NCBI RefSeq assembly: GCF_056746865.1
Contig: NZ_CM163382.1
Length of the DNA stretch: 64,000 nucleotides
Strand: one strand, 5' to 3'
How positions within the stretch are numbered: the first letter of the stretch is position 1; the number at the start of each line of letters is the position of its first letter. The notes under the pieces are model-generated. The model made no database searches, was not told the origin of the DNA, and saw nothing but the letters and a program-made list of their open reading frames with translations. Of this stretch, positions 1-8,316 are shown piece by piece. Both the position numbers and the translations under genes were made by a program.

Positions 1-278
1 GTGGTATCTGGAATCTGTACACCCTGAACAACGGCGGGGCATTTATGGCACCCGAACCGGATGACGATGATGACGAAACATGGGTACTGTTCAATGCCAT
101 GAACGGTAACCGCGCTGAAATGAGCCCGGAAGCCGCCGGCATTGCTGCCTGTCTGATGACGTACAGTCATCATGCCTGTCGTACGGAGTGTTATGCCATG
201 ACGGTCCATTATTACCGGCTGCGGGATTACGCCCTGCAGCATCCGGAATGCAGCGCCATTATGCGCATCATCGACTGA
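1..278 (+). CDS. antirestriction-like protein (KlcA/ArdB-type), C-terminal part; 5' end lies upstream of the window
   Basis: Frame is open from the window edge to TGA at 276-278; acidic DDDDDE run; sits directly upstream of the radC-like/yeeT/cbeA module as in CP4-type prophage remnants. Family call is from context and memory, not a search. Confidence 0.4.
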   Translation, partial: GIWNLYTLNNGGAFMAPEPDDDDDETWVLFNAMNGNRAEMSPEAAGIAACLMTYSHHACRTECYAMTVHYYRLRDYALQHPECSAIMRIID

Positions 279-293
279 ATGGAGAGAAGTACA

Positions 294-770
294 ATGCAAC
301 AGCTTTCCTTTCTGCCCGGAGAGATGACGCCCGGCGAGCGCAGCCTCATTCAACGGGCCCTGAAAACCCTGGACCGCCATCTTCATGAACCCGGCGTGGC
401 CTTCACCTCCACCCGTGCGGCACGAGAATGGCTGATTCTGAACATGGCGGGACTGGAGCGTGAAGAGTTCCGGGTGCTGTATCTGAACAACCAGAATCAG
501 CTGATTGCCGGTGAAACCCTCTTCACCGGCACCATCAACCGCACGGAAGTCCATCCCCGGGAAGTGATTAAACGCGCCCTGTATCACAATGCCGCTGCTG
601 TGGTGCTGGCACACAATCACCCGTCCGGTGAAGTCACACCCAGCAAGGCAGACCGCCTTATCACGGAACGTCTGGTACAGGCACTGGGCCTGGTGGATAT
701 CCGGGTGCCGGACCATCTGATAGTCGGTGGCAGCCAGGTTTTCTCCTTTGCCGAATATGGTCTGCTTTAA
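294..770 (+). CDS. RadC-like JAB/JAMM-domain protein (YeeS/YfjY/YkfG family)
   Basis: ATG at 294 preceded by GGAGAGAAG; translation contains LAHNHPSGEVTPSKAD (HNHPSG JAMM-like motif); about 158 aa, typical for prophage radC-like genes. Confidence 0.85.
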   Translation: MQQLSFLPGEMTPGERSLIQRALKTLDRHLHEPGVAFTSTRAAREWLILNMAGLEREEFRVLYLNNQNQLIAGETLFTGTINRTEVHPREVIKRALYHNAAAVVLAHNHPSGEVTPSKADRLITERLVQALGLVDIRVPDHLIVGGSQVFSFAEYGLL

Positions 771-832
771 CCCGTCACAACCACATCACACCTGTTTTCA
801 CTTTTATCTTCTGTCTTCAGAGGTATCCCACT

Positions 833-1054
833 ATGAAAATCATCACCCGTGGCGAAGCCATGCGTATTCACCGTCAGCATCCGGCATCCCGTCTTTTTCC
901 GTTCTGTACCGGCAAATACCGCTGGCACGGCAGTGCTGAAGCGTATACCGGTCGTGAAGTGCAGGATATTCCCGGTGTGCTGGCCGTGTTTGCAGAACGC
1001 CGTAAGGACAGTTTTGGTCCGTATGTCCGGCTGATGAGCGTCACCCTGAACTGA
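833..1054 (+). CDS. DUF987 small protein (YeeT/YpjJ/YkfH family)
   Basis: 73-aa ORF in the conserved position between the radC-like gene and the antitoxin gene; length and sequence fit the YeeT family. Confidence 0.75.
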   Translation: MKIITRGEAMRIHRQHPASRLFPFCTGKYRWHGSAEAYTGREVQDIPGVLAVFAERRKDSFGPYVRLMSVTLN

Positions 1055-1216
1055 TGTTCCGTCACCCGGAAAACGAGTACGACTGGCAGAGCTCAGACGC
1101 CGCTGTGGATGAGGTCCTGCTCATCAACGAATACACCTTTACCGAAGCCGGTCTGCGCGCCGGCTGACCCGTCATCGTTAAACTATCATTCACCGATTTT
1201 CTGTGAGGATTTTATC

Positions 1217-1585
1217 GTGTCAGACACACTTTCCGGGACAACGCATCCCGATGACAATGACGACCATCCCTGGTGGGGACTACCCTGCACAGTGACGCCC
1301 TGTTTCGGCGCCCGTCTGGTGCAGGAGGGTAACCGGTTGCATTACCTTGCCGACCGTGCCGGTATCAGAGGCCGGTTCAGAGATGCGGATGCGTACCCTC
1401 TGGACCAGGCCTTTCCGCTGCTGATGAAACAACTGAAATTAATGCTCACCAGTGGTGAACTGAATCCCCGCCATCAGCATACCGTGACACTGTATGCGAA
1501 GGGGCTGACCTGTGAAGCCGACACCCTCGGCTCCTGTGGTTACGTTTATCTGGCTGTTTATCCGACACCTGAAACGAAAAAGTAA
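1217..1585 (+). CDS. type IV toxin-antitoxin system antitoxin, CbeA/YeeU family
   Basis: GTG start at 1217 in frame with track ORF 1109..1585 gives about 122 aa (MSDTLSGTTHPDDNDDHPWWGLP...), the size and N-terminus typical of YeeU/YfjZ/YafW antitoxins; followed by the start of a cbtA-like gene. Confidence 0.8.
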   Translation: MSDTLSGTTHPDDNDDHPWWGLPCTVTPCFGARLVQEGNRLHYLADRAGIRGRFRDADAYPLDQAFPLLMKQLKLMLTSGELNPRHQHTVTLYAKGLTCEADTLGSCGYVYLAVYPTPETKK

Positions 1586-1674
1586 ACCACCAGAATAACC
1601 TTCTGCTCCGGCCTGGTGTTTTCACCACGCCACTGTCCCATTTTTTATCTCTGCATATCAGGAAAATCTTCAGT

Positions 1675-1733
1675 ATGAAAACATTACCCGACACGCATGT
1701 ACGGGAGGTATCGTGCTGCCCGTCTCCAGTCAC
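1675..1733 (+). pseudogene. cbtA/yeeV-family toxin gene, 5' fragment (MKTLPDTHVREVSCCPSPVT) interrupted by the IS21-family insertion
   Basis: ATG at 1675 a short distance after the antitoxin stop; the first ~20 codons match the CbtA-family N-terminus, then the reading frame runs into the IS terminus at 1734. Confidence 0.7.
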
Positions 1734-1832
1734 TGCGTATTCCGCTCTATTCGATCACGGATTGGCATCGAAGTCCGATCAGCGATTCGCATCCATTCGA
1801 TCAACCGGGAACTTAACTTTTTCTACCGCTTT

Positions 1833-2588
1833 TTAACGCGTTTTTTCGCTGCTTTCCACTACCGGGGGATTTTTCCTCAGTGACTCTCCCTGAAGGACCA
1901 CCCGGTGTGAGTTATGTACCAGTCTGTCCAGGATGGCATCTGCTGTTGTTGGGTTCTCCATCAGACCATGCCATTTATCTACCGGGAACTGGCTTACCAC
2001 TATCGTGCTGCTTTGTCCGTAACGATCCTCTATGAGCTCCAGAAGGTCATTACACTGGGCGTTACTTAACTGTTCCAGCCCCAGATCGTCCAGGATTAGA
2101 ACCTGTATTTTTTGCAACTGTTTCAGATATTTCAGCCAGCTGCCATCAACACGTCCCTGAGCCAGTTGTTCCAGTAATCGCCCGGTTCTACAGTACCGGA
2201 CGCTGTGTTTCTGTCGACATGCCTGTTCGCCCAGCGCATTGGCTATCCAGCTCTTGCCACATCCTGTCGGACCGGTTATCAGCAGGTTTTTCCTGTGGGT
2301 TATGTAGTGGCCGTTCAGCAGTTCTCTCATCTGTTCAGCCCGCAGACCTCTTGAGGCCGGATAGCGCAGCCCTTCCGGTGTTGCCTGGTATTTCAGGCCG
2401 GCATTTTTTCTCAACCGTGCCACACGGCTGTTTTCCCTGCTCAGAAGCTCGTCATCAACCAGCAGCGTCAGCCTTTCCTCGAACGACAGTTCGTCGTAGG
2501 TCTGAGGCGTTTCCCGCTGCCGTATCAGGCTCCCGGCCATCGCCGGGAGTTTCAGTTGGGTCAGTTTGTTTAACAGGTTATCACTCAT
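1833..2588 (-). CDS. istB: IS21-family transposition helper ATPase IstB
   Basis: About 251 aa from ATG at 2588 (MSDNLLNKL..); Walker A motif GPTGCGKS and a DnaC/IstB-like AAA+ core; immediately downstream of istA. Confidence 0.85.
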   Translation of the reverse strand: MSDNLLNKLTQLKLPAMAGSLIRQRETPQTYDELSFEERLTLLVDDELLSRENSRVARLRKNAGLKYQATPEGLRYPASRGLRAEQMRELLNGHYITHRKNLLITGPTGCGKSWIANALGEQACRQKHSVRYCRTGRLLEQLAQGRVDGSWLKYLKQLQKIQVLILDDLGLEQLSNAQCNDLLELIEDRYGQSSTIVVSQFPVDKWHGLMENPTTADAILDRLVHNSHRVVLQGESLRKNPPVVESSEKTR

Positions 2589-2604
2589 ACTGTTGTTCCT
2601 TCTG

Positions 2605-4140
2605 TCAGTGGTAGTAGCCCGGACCACGCAGGTTTTCATGCTCTGAAGCATATGCCGGATGTTGTTCGCCCTGGCGGGATAATGGAAGCTCCAGGTTCTC
2701 CCGATGGTGACGCAGCAGATTGTCGATAAAGCGTCTGTCAGGGGCGTTATAGTGCAGGGCAACGTAACAGGCCTTTTCCAGCCGTTCCGGGCCGTATTTT
2801 TTCTGAAGTGCCAGCAGCCCCAGAACTGCACGATAAGCCAGTTCCGGATGGGGTTTTGCCTTCAGCATGGATTCAACCACCCGGCCTGTGGACGGGCCCG
2901 TACGTTTTCCCTGCTCGATCAGGCGTTCCGGTGTCCATGTCCCGTGCTGCCGGTGGCGCTCTGGCATGTGAAGCGGATTGGTTGTGTGTTTATATTCATG
3001 TGTGCTGCGCGGATGTTGCGCCACACACTGCCCCTTGTGCCAGAGCTGTACCACCGACTGCCCCGCCTTCAGTGACAGACGCTGACCGACCAGTTCGTGT
3101 GGAACGGAGTACCAGTGACGGGCATATTCAACGTGGTAGTCAGGGCCAACCTTCACAGCTTTGTATTCCGTGTATTCATAAGGTGCCAGAGGCAGCGGAG
3201 AGAGTGCTGGCGCATCCAGTATGCGGAAGCGTTCTGCACGGGTTTGATTGCCGTACCCCTTCATTGGCCGGTTATTCATGTCTGTCAGTAACTCCCTAAG
3301 GCGCGCATTCAGCGCCCTGAGCGTGTGGAAGGTTTCATTACGGATGCGGGCAAGAAGCCATCGTTCGACGATGAGGACGCCGTTTTCTGCTTTTGGTTTA
3401 TCTTTAGGTTTGCGTGGTCGGGCCGGGATGATAACCGTGCCATAGTGCTCAGCCAGTGCCTGATAACTGTCGTTGATGACAGGCTCATATCGATCGGCCT
3501 TTTTCACTGCGCTTCTGAGGTTATCGGGGATGAGCAGCTTCGGTACGCCGCCCAGGAAGGTCAGGCAACGGCTGTGGGCATTTAACCATGACATCATGTC
3601 CTGACCTTCGCACGCTTCAACGTAGGTATAGTTGGACGCCCCCATTACGGCCACGAAGATTGCCACGCGGCGTATCTCACCGGTGTCCGGATTAATAACA
3701 GGAACCGTAGGACCACAGAAGTCGATAAAAAGCTTTTCGCCGGCACGATGCTCCTGGCGCATGGAGAGACGTCGCGTTTTTTTCCACTCCCGGTAGCAAC
3801 GGCAGAAGTGCGAGTATCCCATCGCTTTGTTACCCGCCTGTGCCTTGTATTCCATCCACAACAGTTGCCGCGTCACACCTGGTTTTCTCATTTCCGTATC
3901 GAGGTACAACATGTCAGGCATTACAAGCTCTGATGCAAAGGTGTCTTTGGGCGGAAAAATGAGTTTCTCCAGCGTGTCATGGGATATATCAGCAGGTAAT
4001 GGCCATGACAGAGAAGAGGCTTTGAAGCGGGCAAGAACCTCAAAAACGGTTGAGGCGCTGATGTGTAACGTCAGTCCGATACAACGGTTAGTCAGCTTCT
4101 TGTCGAACTTGAGCTGAAGAATCTTAAAACAGGTTTCCAT
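2605..4140 (-). CDS. istA: IS21-family transposase IstA (HTH + DDE)
   Basis: 512-aa product from ATG at 4140 (METCFKILQ..) with AGGAG 5 nt upstream; N-terminal HTH-like region and central integrase/DDE-like region; followed 16 nt later by istB. Confidence 0.8.
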   Translation of the reverse strand: METCFKILQLKFDKKLTNRCIGLTLHISASTVFEVLARFKASSLSWPLPADISHDTLEKLIFPPKDTFASELVMPDMLYLDTEMRKPGVTRQLLWMEYKAQAGNKAMGYSHFCRCYREWKKTRRLSMRQEHRAGEKLFIDFCGPTVPVINPDTGEIRRVAIFVAVMGASNYTYVEACEGQDMMSWLNAHSRCLTFLGGVPKLLIPDNLRSAVKKADRYEPVINDSYQALAEHYGTVIIPARPRKPKDKPKAENGVLIVERWLLARIRNETFHTLRALNARLRELLTDMNNRPMKGYGNQTRAERFRILDAPALSPLPLAPYEYTEYKAVKVGPDYHVEYARHWYSVPHELVGQRLSLKAGQSVVQLWHKGQCVAQHPRSTHEYKHTTNPLHMPERHRQHGTWTPERLIEQGKRTGPSTGRVVESMLKAKPHPELAYRAVLGLLALQKKYGPERLEKACYVALHYNAPDRRFIDNLLRHHRENLELPLSRQGEQHPAYASEHENLRGPGYYH

Positions 4141-4372
4141 AGTGCTCCTGGATTTTCTCTTTCTGGACATTGACGTCTCCACTGGTTTAAACACGGCAAT
4201 GGAGACTGTGGTGAAAAGAGTTAATTCCCGGAGTGACTGGCAGGATGCCAATCAATGATCGGAAGCATGCCAAATCGTGATCGATTGTGATGCCAAACTG
4301 TGATCGGAGATGGATGCCAAATCATGATCGATTCGAATGCCAAACTGCGATCGATTCAGATGCCATTTTGCA

Positions 4373-4417
4373 GTCACCATCTGGCAGACACTGCTCACCC
4401 GGTTACTGGACCAGCAT
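4373..4417 (+). pseudogene. cbtA-family toxin gene, short continuation after the IS (..IWQTLLTRLLDQH), then unrelated sequence
   Basis: Removing the IS and one GTCAC copy restores ..PSPVTIWQTLLTRLLDQH in frame; downstream the sequence no longer encodes a CbtA-like protein (deleted or decayed). Confidence 0.6.
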
Positions 4418-5156
4418 TCCCTGATTTCCTCATCGATATCGAATAAGCACTCGTCGCAGAATTCTTTATCGAGTGAGAGCCTCTGTTCAAGGACGCTTCT
4501 TTTTTTTGTTGCAACGTGCACATCCCTTCATCTTTCCGCGCCTTTGTGACCTCGTGATTTGGGGTACATGGAAAATGGGCGTAGCAAGCCTCAGCTAGAT
4601 AACTAACCGTAATAAAAGGGCTTTTCTGCGAGCAATGTAAGAGAAGGATAACTAGGCAGGTTGCAAGAAAGATAATCGTTTTGATAGATCAGTTTATCGA
4701 TATTGATCGTTAGTGCCGATCGATAAGAAGTGCGGAAACGTTAGACTCACCTCTGTTGCTCCATCATGATGATGGGGCTGTTGGCCCTCGAATCTATCTG
4801 TCTATTAGCATCGGCATGACAAACACCATTTGTTTCCACAACAAAAGACAATAGAAAAGTACATATGTACAAAAAGTGTGATTTATTCTGTCACTTCAGT
4901 ACTTCCTTTCGCCTAAGTTTGCCCGTAATAATTCCCCGTGCAGTACTATTGTTGCGACATAACAACATGAATTACATGGTAATAATAGATGTTTTCCTCT
5001 GCTGATTCCTGTAAGGATCATGACTCCATACGACATCATTTTTAATTTTATACAGTTCAAAAAATCTACATGTGTCACAAATAATTTTACATTTGATAAT
5101 GTATAGTTGTCACATGACAAGTTGATTATCATTCTGTGTAGACAAGGAGAACTGTT

Positions 5157-6416
5157 ATGACGGATTCAATTCCATCAGGTTACAAGCCGCTGACATGTGA
5201 CACGCTGCCGGGTTATCTCTCGTCCAGACTGACCCCTTCATGCGAACCGGGAGGGTTACCTGAAGAGTGGAAAGTTTCAGAAGTGGGGGACGGAAACCTG
5301 AACATGGTGTTTATCGTTGAGGGGACACATAAAACCATCATTGTAAAACAAGCTCTGCCCTGGCTTCGTGCCGGGGGCGAAGGATGGCCTTTATCTCTGA
5401 GCCGTGCGGGCTTTGAGTACAACGTCTTATGTCAGGAAGCCAAGTACGCGGGTCACACACTGATTCCGCAGGTCTATTTTTACGACCCGGAAATGGCGCT
5501 GTTTGCCATGGAGTATCTGACTCCTCACGTGATTCTGCGTAAGGAACTGATTAACGGTAAAAAATTCCCTAAACTAGCTGAAGATATCGGCAGATTTTTA
5601 GCACAGACTCTCTTCAATACGTCTGACATTGGCATGTCAGCAGAACAGAAAAAAGCGCTTACTGCCGAGTTCGCGTTGAATCATGAGCTGTGCAAAATTA
5701 CGGAAGATCTGATCTTCACAGAGCCCTATTACAACGCTGAACGGAATAACTGGACTTCTCCTGAGCTGGACGATGCCGTCCATAAGGCCTGGGCTGATGT
5801 AGAGATGATCCAGGTTGCCATGCGTTATAAGTACAAATTTATGACAGAAGCGCAGGCATTGTTACATGGCGACCTTCATTCAGGCTCAATCATGGTGACC
5901 GACACGGATACCAAAGTGATTGATCCGGAGTTCGGTTTCATGGGGCCAATGGCGTTTGATATCGGCAACTATATTGGCAACCTCCTGCTGGCGTACTTCT
6001 CACGCCCTGGGTGGGATGCGAATGAGCAACGTCGCGCTGACTATCAGGAATGGCTGCTTCAGCAGATTGTCCAAACCTGGTCCGTTTTCACCCGGGAGTT
6101 CCGCCAGCTCTGGGACAACAAAACACAGGGCGACGCGTGGTCGACAGAAATGTATCAACAGAACAGGGCCGCTCTTGAGGACGCACAGGATCAGTTTTTT
6201 GCCACGCTGCTTGAAGATTCCCTGGTGAATGCCGGCATGGAAATGAATCGCCGGATCATTGGTTTTGCTGGCGTTGCCGAGCTGAAACAGATTGAAAATA
6301 CAGAGCTTCGCGCAGGATGTGAACGACGTGCATTGACCATGGCGCGCGATCTTATCGTCAATGCCCGCCAGTTTAAAAATATGGATTCCGTCATCCAGTC
6401 TGCGAAGGTTAAGTAA
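5157..6416 (+). CDS. mtnK: 5-methylthioribose kinase (MtnK-type sugar kinase of the APH/choline-kinase-like fold)
   Basis: 419 aa; RBS AAGGAGA 7 nt upstream; catalytic-loop LLHGDLHSGSIMV and IDPEFGFMGPMAFDIG motifs characteristic of MtnK. Confidence 0.8.
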   Translation: MTDSIPSGYKPLTCDTLPGYLSSRLTPSCEPGGLPEEWKVSEVGDGNLNMVFIVEGTHKTIIVKQALPWLRAGGEGWPLSLSRAGFEYNVLCQEAKYAGHTLIPQVYFYDPEMALFAMEYLTPHVILRKELINGKKFPKLAEDIGRFLAQTLFNTSDIGMSAEQKKALTAEFALNHELCKITEDLIFTEPYYNAERNNWTSPELDDAVHKAWADVEMIQVAMRYKYKFMTEAQALLHGDLHSGSIMVTDTDTKVIDPEFGFMGPMAFDIGNYIGNLLLAYFSRPGWDANEQRRADYQEWLLQQIVQTWSVFTREFRQLWDNKTQGDAWSTEMYQQNRAALEDAQDQFFATLLEDSLVNAGMEMNRRIIGFAGVAELKQIENTELRAGCERRALTMARDLIVNARQFKNMDSVIQSAKVK

Positions 6417-6425
6417 GAGGTCATT

Positions 6426-7541
6426 ATGAATATTAAAGGTAAACACTATCGTACGGTCTGGGTTTCCGGGGATGGAAAAGCGGTAGAAATCATCGATCAG
6501 ACTAAGTTGCCTTTTAAGTTCGAGGTGGTGGCGCTTACCTCTGCGGAAATGGCCGCTACGGCTATTCAGGATATGTGGGTTCGTGGCGCTCCGCTTATTG
6601 GTGTCGTTGCAGCCTATGGCATCGCGCTGGGAATGAATCACGATGCCAGTGACATGGGTCTGCAGCGTTACTATGACCTTCTTATCAAAACCCGACCAAC
6701 GGCAATTAATCTCAAATGGGCCCTCGACAGGATGATAGACACACTGAAGGATCTCTGTGTATCAGAGCGCAAGGATGTGGCCTGGGCGCTGGCGGCAGAA
6801 ATTGCCGAGGAAGATGTCGCGTTGTGTGAACAAATTGGATTACATGGTGCAGAAGTCATCCGCGAAATAGCCCAGAAAAAACCGGCCGGGAGTGTGGTCA
6901 ATATCCTGACACATTGTAACGCAGGCTGGCTGGCGACTGTAGACTGGGGAACCGCGCTTTCTCCCATCTACAAAGCGCATGAAAACGGAATCCCTGTTCA
7001 CGTCTGGGTGGATGAAACGCGGCCACGTAATCAGGGCGGACTCACGGCATTTGAACTGGGCTCACACGGTATTCCTCACACCCTGATCGCCGACAACGCG
7101 GGTGGCCACCTGATGCAACACGGTGACGTTGATCTCTGCATTGTTGGGACCGATCGAACCACGGCCAGAGGGGATGTCTGTAATAAAATTGGTACCTATC
7201 TTAAGGCGCTGGCGGCCCATGATAACCATGTTCCCTTCTACGTCGCGTTACCTTCTCCCACTATTGACTGGACTATCGAGGACGGAAAAAGCATTCCGAT
7301 TGAGCAACGTGACGGAAAAGAGCAGTCCCATGTCTATGGGATAAACCCTCAGGGAGAATTGAGCTGGGTCAATACCGCCCCTGAAGGAACCCGTTGTGGG
7401 AACTACGCTTTCGACGTCACGCCTGCCCGATACATTACCGGCTTCATTACTGAGCGGGGAGTCTGTGCTGCCAGTAAGTCAGCGCTGGCGGATATGTTTG
7501 CTGACCTGAAGAGTAAAGCACTCCAGGGGGAACAGCATTAA
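6426..7541 (+). CDS. mtnA: S-methyl-5-thioribose-1-phosphate isomerase (MtnA, eIF-2B alpha/beta/delta-like family)
   Basis: 371 aa; 9 nt after mtnK; eIF2B-like fold motifs ([31 protein letters not shown]). Confidence 0.8.
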
Positions 7542-7571
7542 AACAGCGGCCATTGCTATTAAGGATCAGGA

Positions 7572-8213
7572 ATGGAACGGATTAAGTTAGCAGAAAAAAT
7601 CATTTCCACTTGTCGGGAAATGAATGCGTCAGGTCTTAATCAAGGAACATCAGGTAATGTGAGTGCCAGGTATACCGGTGGCATGTTGATTACGCCGAGT
7701 GGGATCGCTTATTCAAAGATGACGCCGGACATGATTGTCTTTGTAGACGATAAGGGAAAACCTGAAGCGGGTAAAATACCATCAAGTGAATGGTTAATTC
7801 ATCTGGCGTGTTATAAAGCCAGACCAGAATTGAATGCTGTCATACATACGCATGCGGTGAATTCCACGGCGGTGGCAATACATAATCATTCAATTCCGGC
7901 CATTCATTATATGGTGGCGGTATCGGGGACGGATCATATTCCCTGTATTCCCTATTATACCTTTGGCAGTCCTGAACTGGCCGACGGTGTATCTAAAGGA
8001 ATCAGAGAAAGTAAGTCCTTGCTGATGCAGCACCACGGTATGCTGGCCATGGACGTCACGCTGGAAAAGACGTTGTGGCTGGCGGGTGAAACCGAGACGC
8101 TGGCTGATTTATACATCAAATGTGGCGGATTACATCACGATGTTCCCGTGCTGTCTGAAGCCGAAATGACCATCGTCCTTGAAAAATTCAAAACGTATGG
8201 TTTGAAAGCGTAA
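7572..8213 (+). CDS. class II aldolase (FucA-like); candidate 5-methylthioribulose-1-P / 5-deoxyribulose-1-P aldolase
   Basis: 213 aa, very similar in length and sequence to L-fuculose-phosphate aldolase (MER.KLA..II.TC.EM...GLNQGTSGNVS..., HTH.. metal-binding histidines); directly follows mtnK-mtnA. Confidence 0.75.
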   Translation: MERIKLAEKIISTCREMNASGLNQGTSGNVSARYTGGMLITPSGIAYSKMTPDMIVFVDDKGKPEAGKIPSSEWLIHLACYKARPELNAVIHTHAVNSTAVAIHNHSIPAIHYMVAVSGTDHIPCIPYYTFGSPELADGVSKGIRESKSLLMQHHGMLAMDVTLEKTLWLAGETETLADLYIKCGGLHHDVPVLSEAEMTIVLEKFKTYGLKA

Positions 8214-8316
8214 TTACAGCTTTATTTTAATTAATAACATATGACAGCCATTCGCAGAATGGCTGCTATTCCCTCTGTCCACAACGATTGATTATAACTA
8301 CCACAAGGAGTTATTT

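Larger units (their letters stand above)
1734..4372 (-). mobile_element. IS21-family insertion sequence (istA-istB), 2639 bp, 5-bp target-site duplication GTCAC
   Basis: GTCAC at 1729-1733 and 4373-4377 flank the element; termini begin TGC.. and end ..GCA; both ends carry inverted copies of a GATCAnnGATTTGGCAT-type motif (about 5 copies at the right end 4252-4372, about 2 at the left end 1745-1795), as expected for IS21-family multi-repeat termini; encodes IstA and IstB. Confidence 0.8.

Noticed and set aside
1109-1216. N-terminal extension of the antitoxin ORF (track start 1109, 158 aa)
   Set aside because: The extension (MRSCSSTNTPLPKPVCAPADPSS..) has no match to the family; the GTG at 1217 gives the expected ~122-aa antitoxin.
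4252-4521. 89-aa minus-strand ORF and an apparent short tandem repeat array that could be mistaken for a CRISPR-like or minisatellite locus
   Set aside because: The repeats are the multi-copy terminal repeats of the IS21-family element: no spacers of uniform length, inverted copies at the other terminus, and the ORF is just their translation.
4871-4895. CRP-like half-site pattern TGTGATTTATTCTGTCAC upstream of mtnK
   Set aside because: Spacing and second half-site do not fit TGTGA-N6-TCACA; too weak to call a CRP site.
6000-6641. 213-aa minus-strand ORF spanning the mtnK 3' end and mtnA 5' end
   Set aside because: Antisense to two well-supported genes; no RBS or motif; likely a frame artefact.
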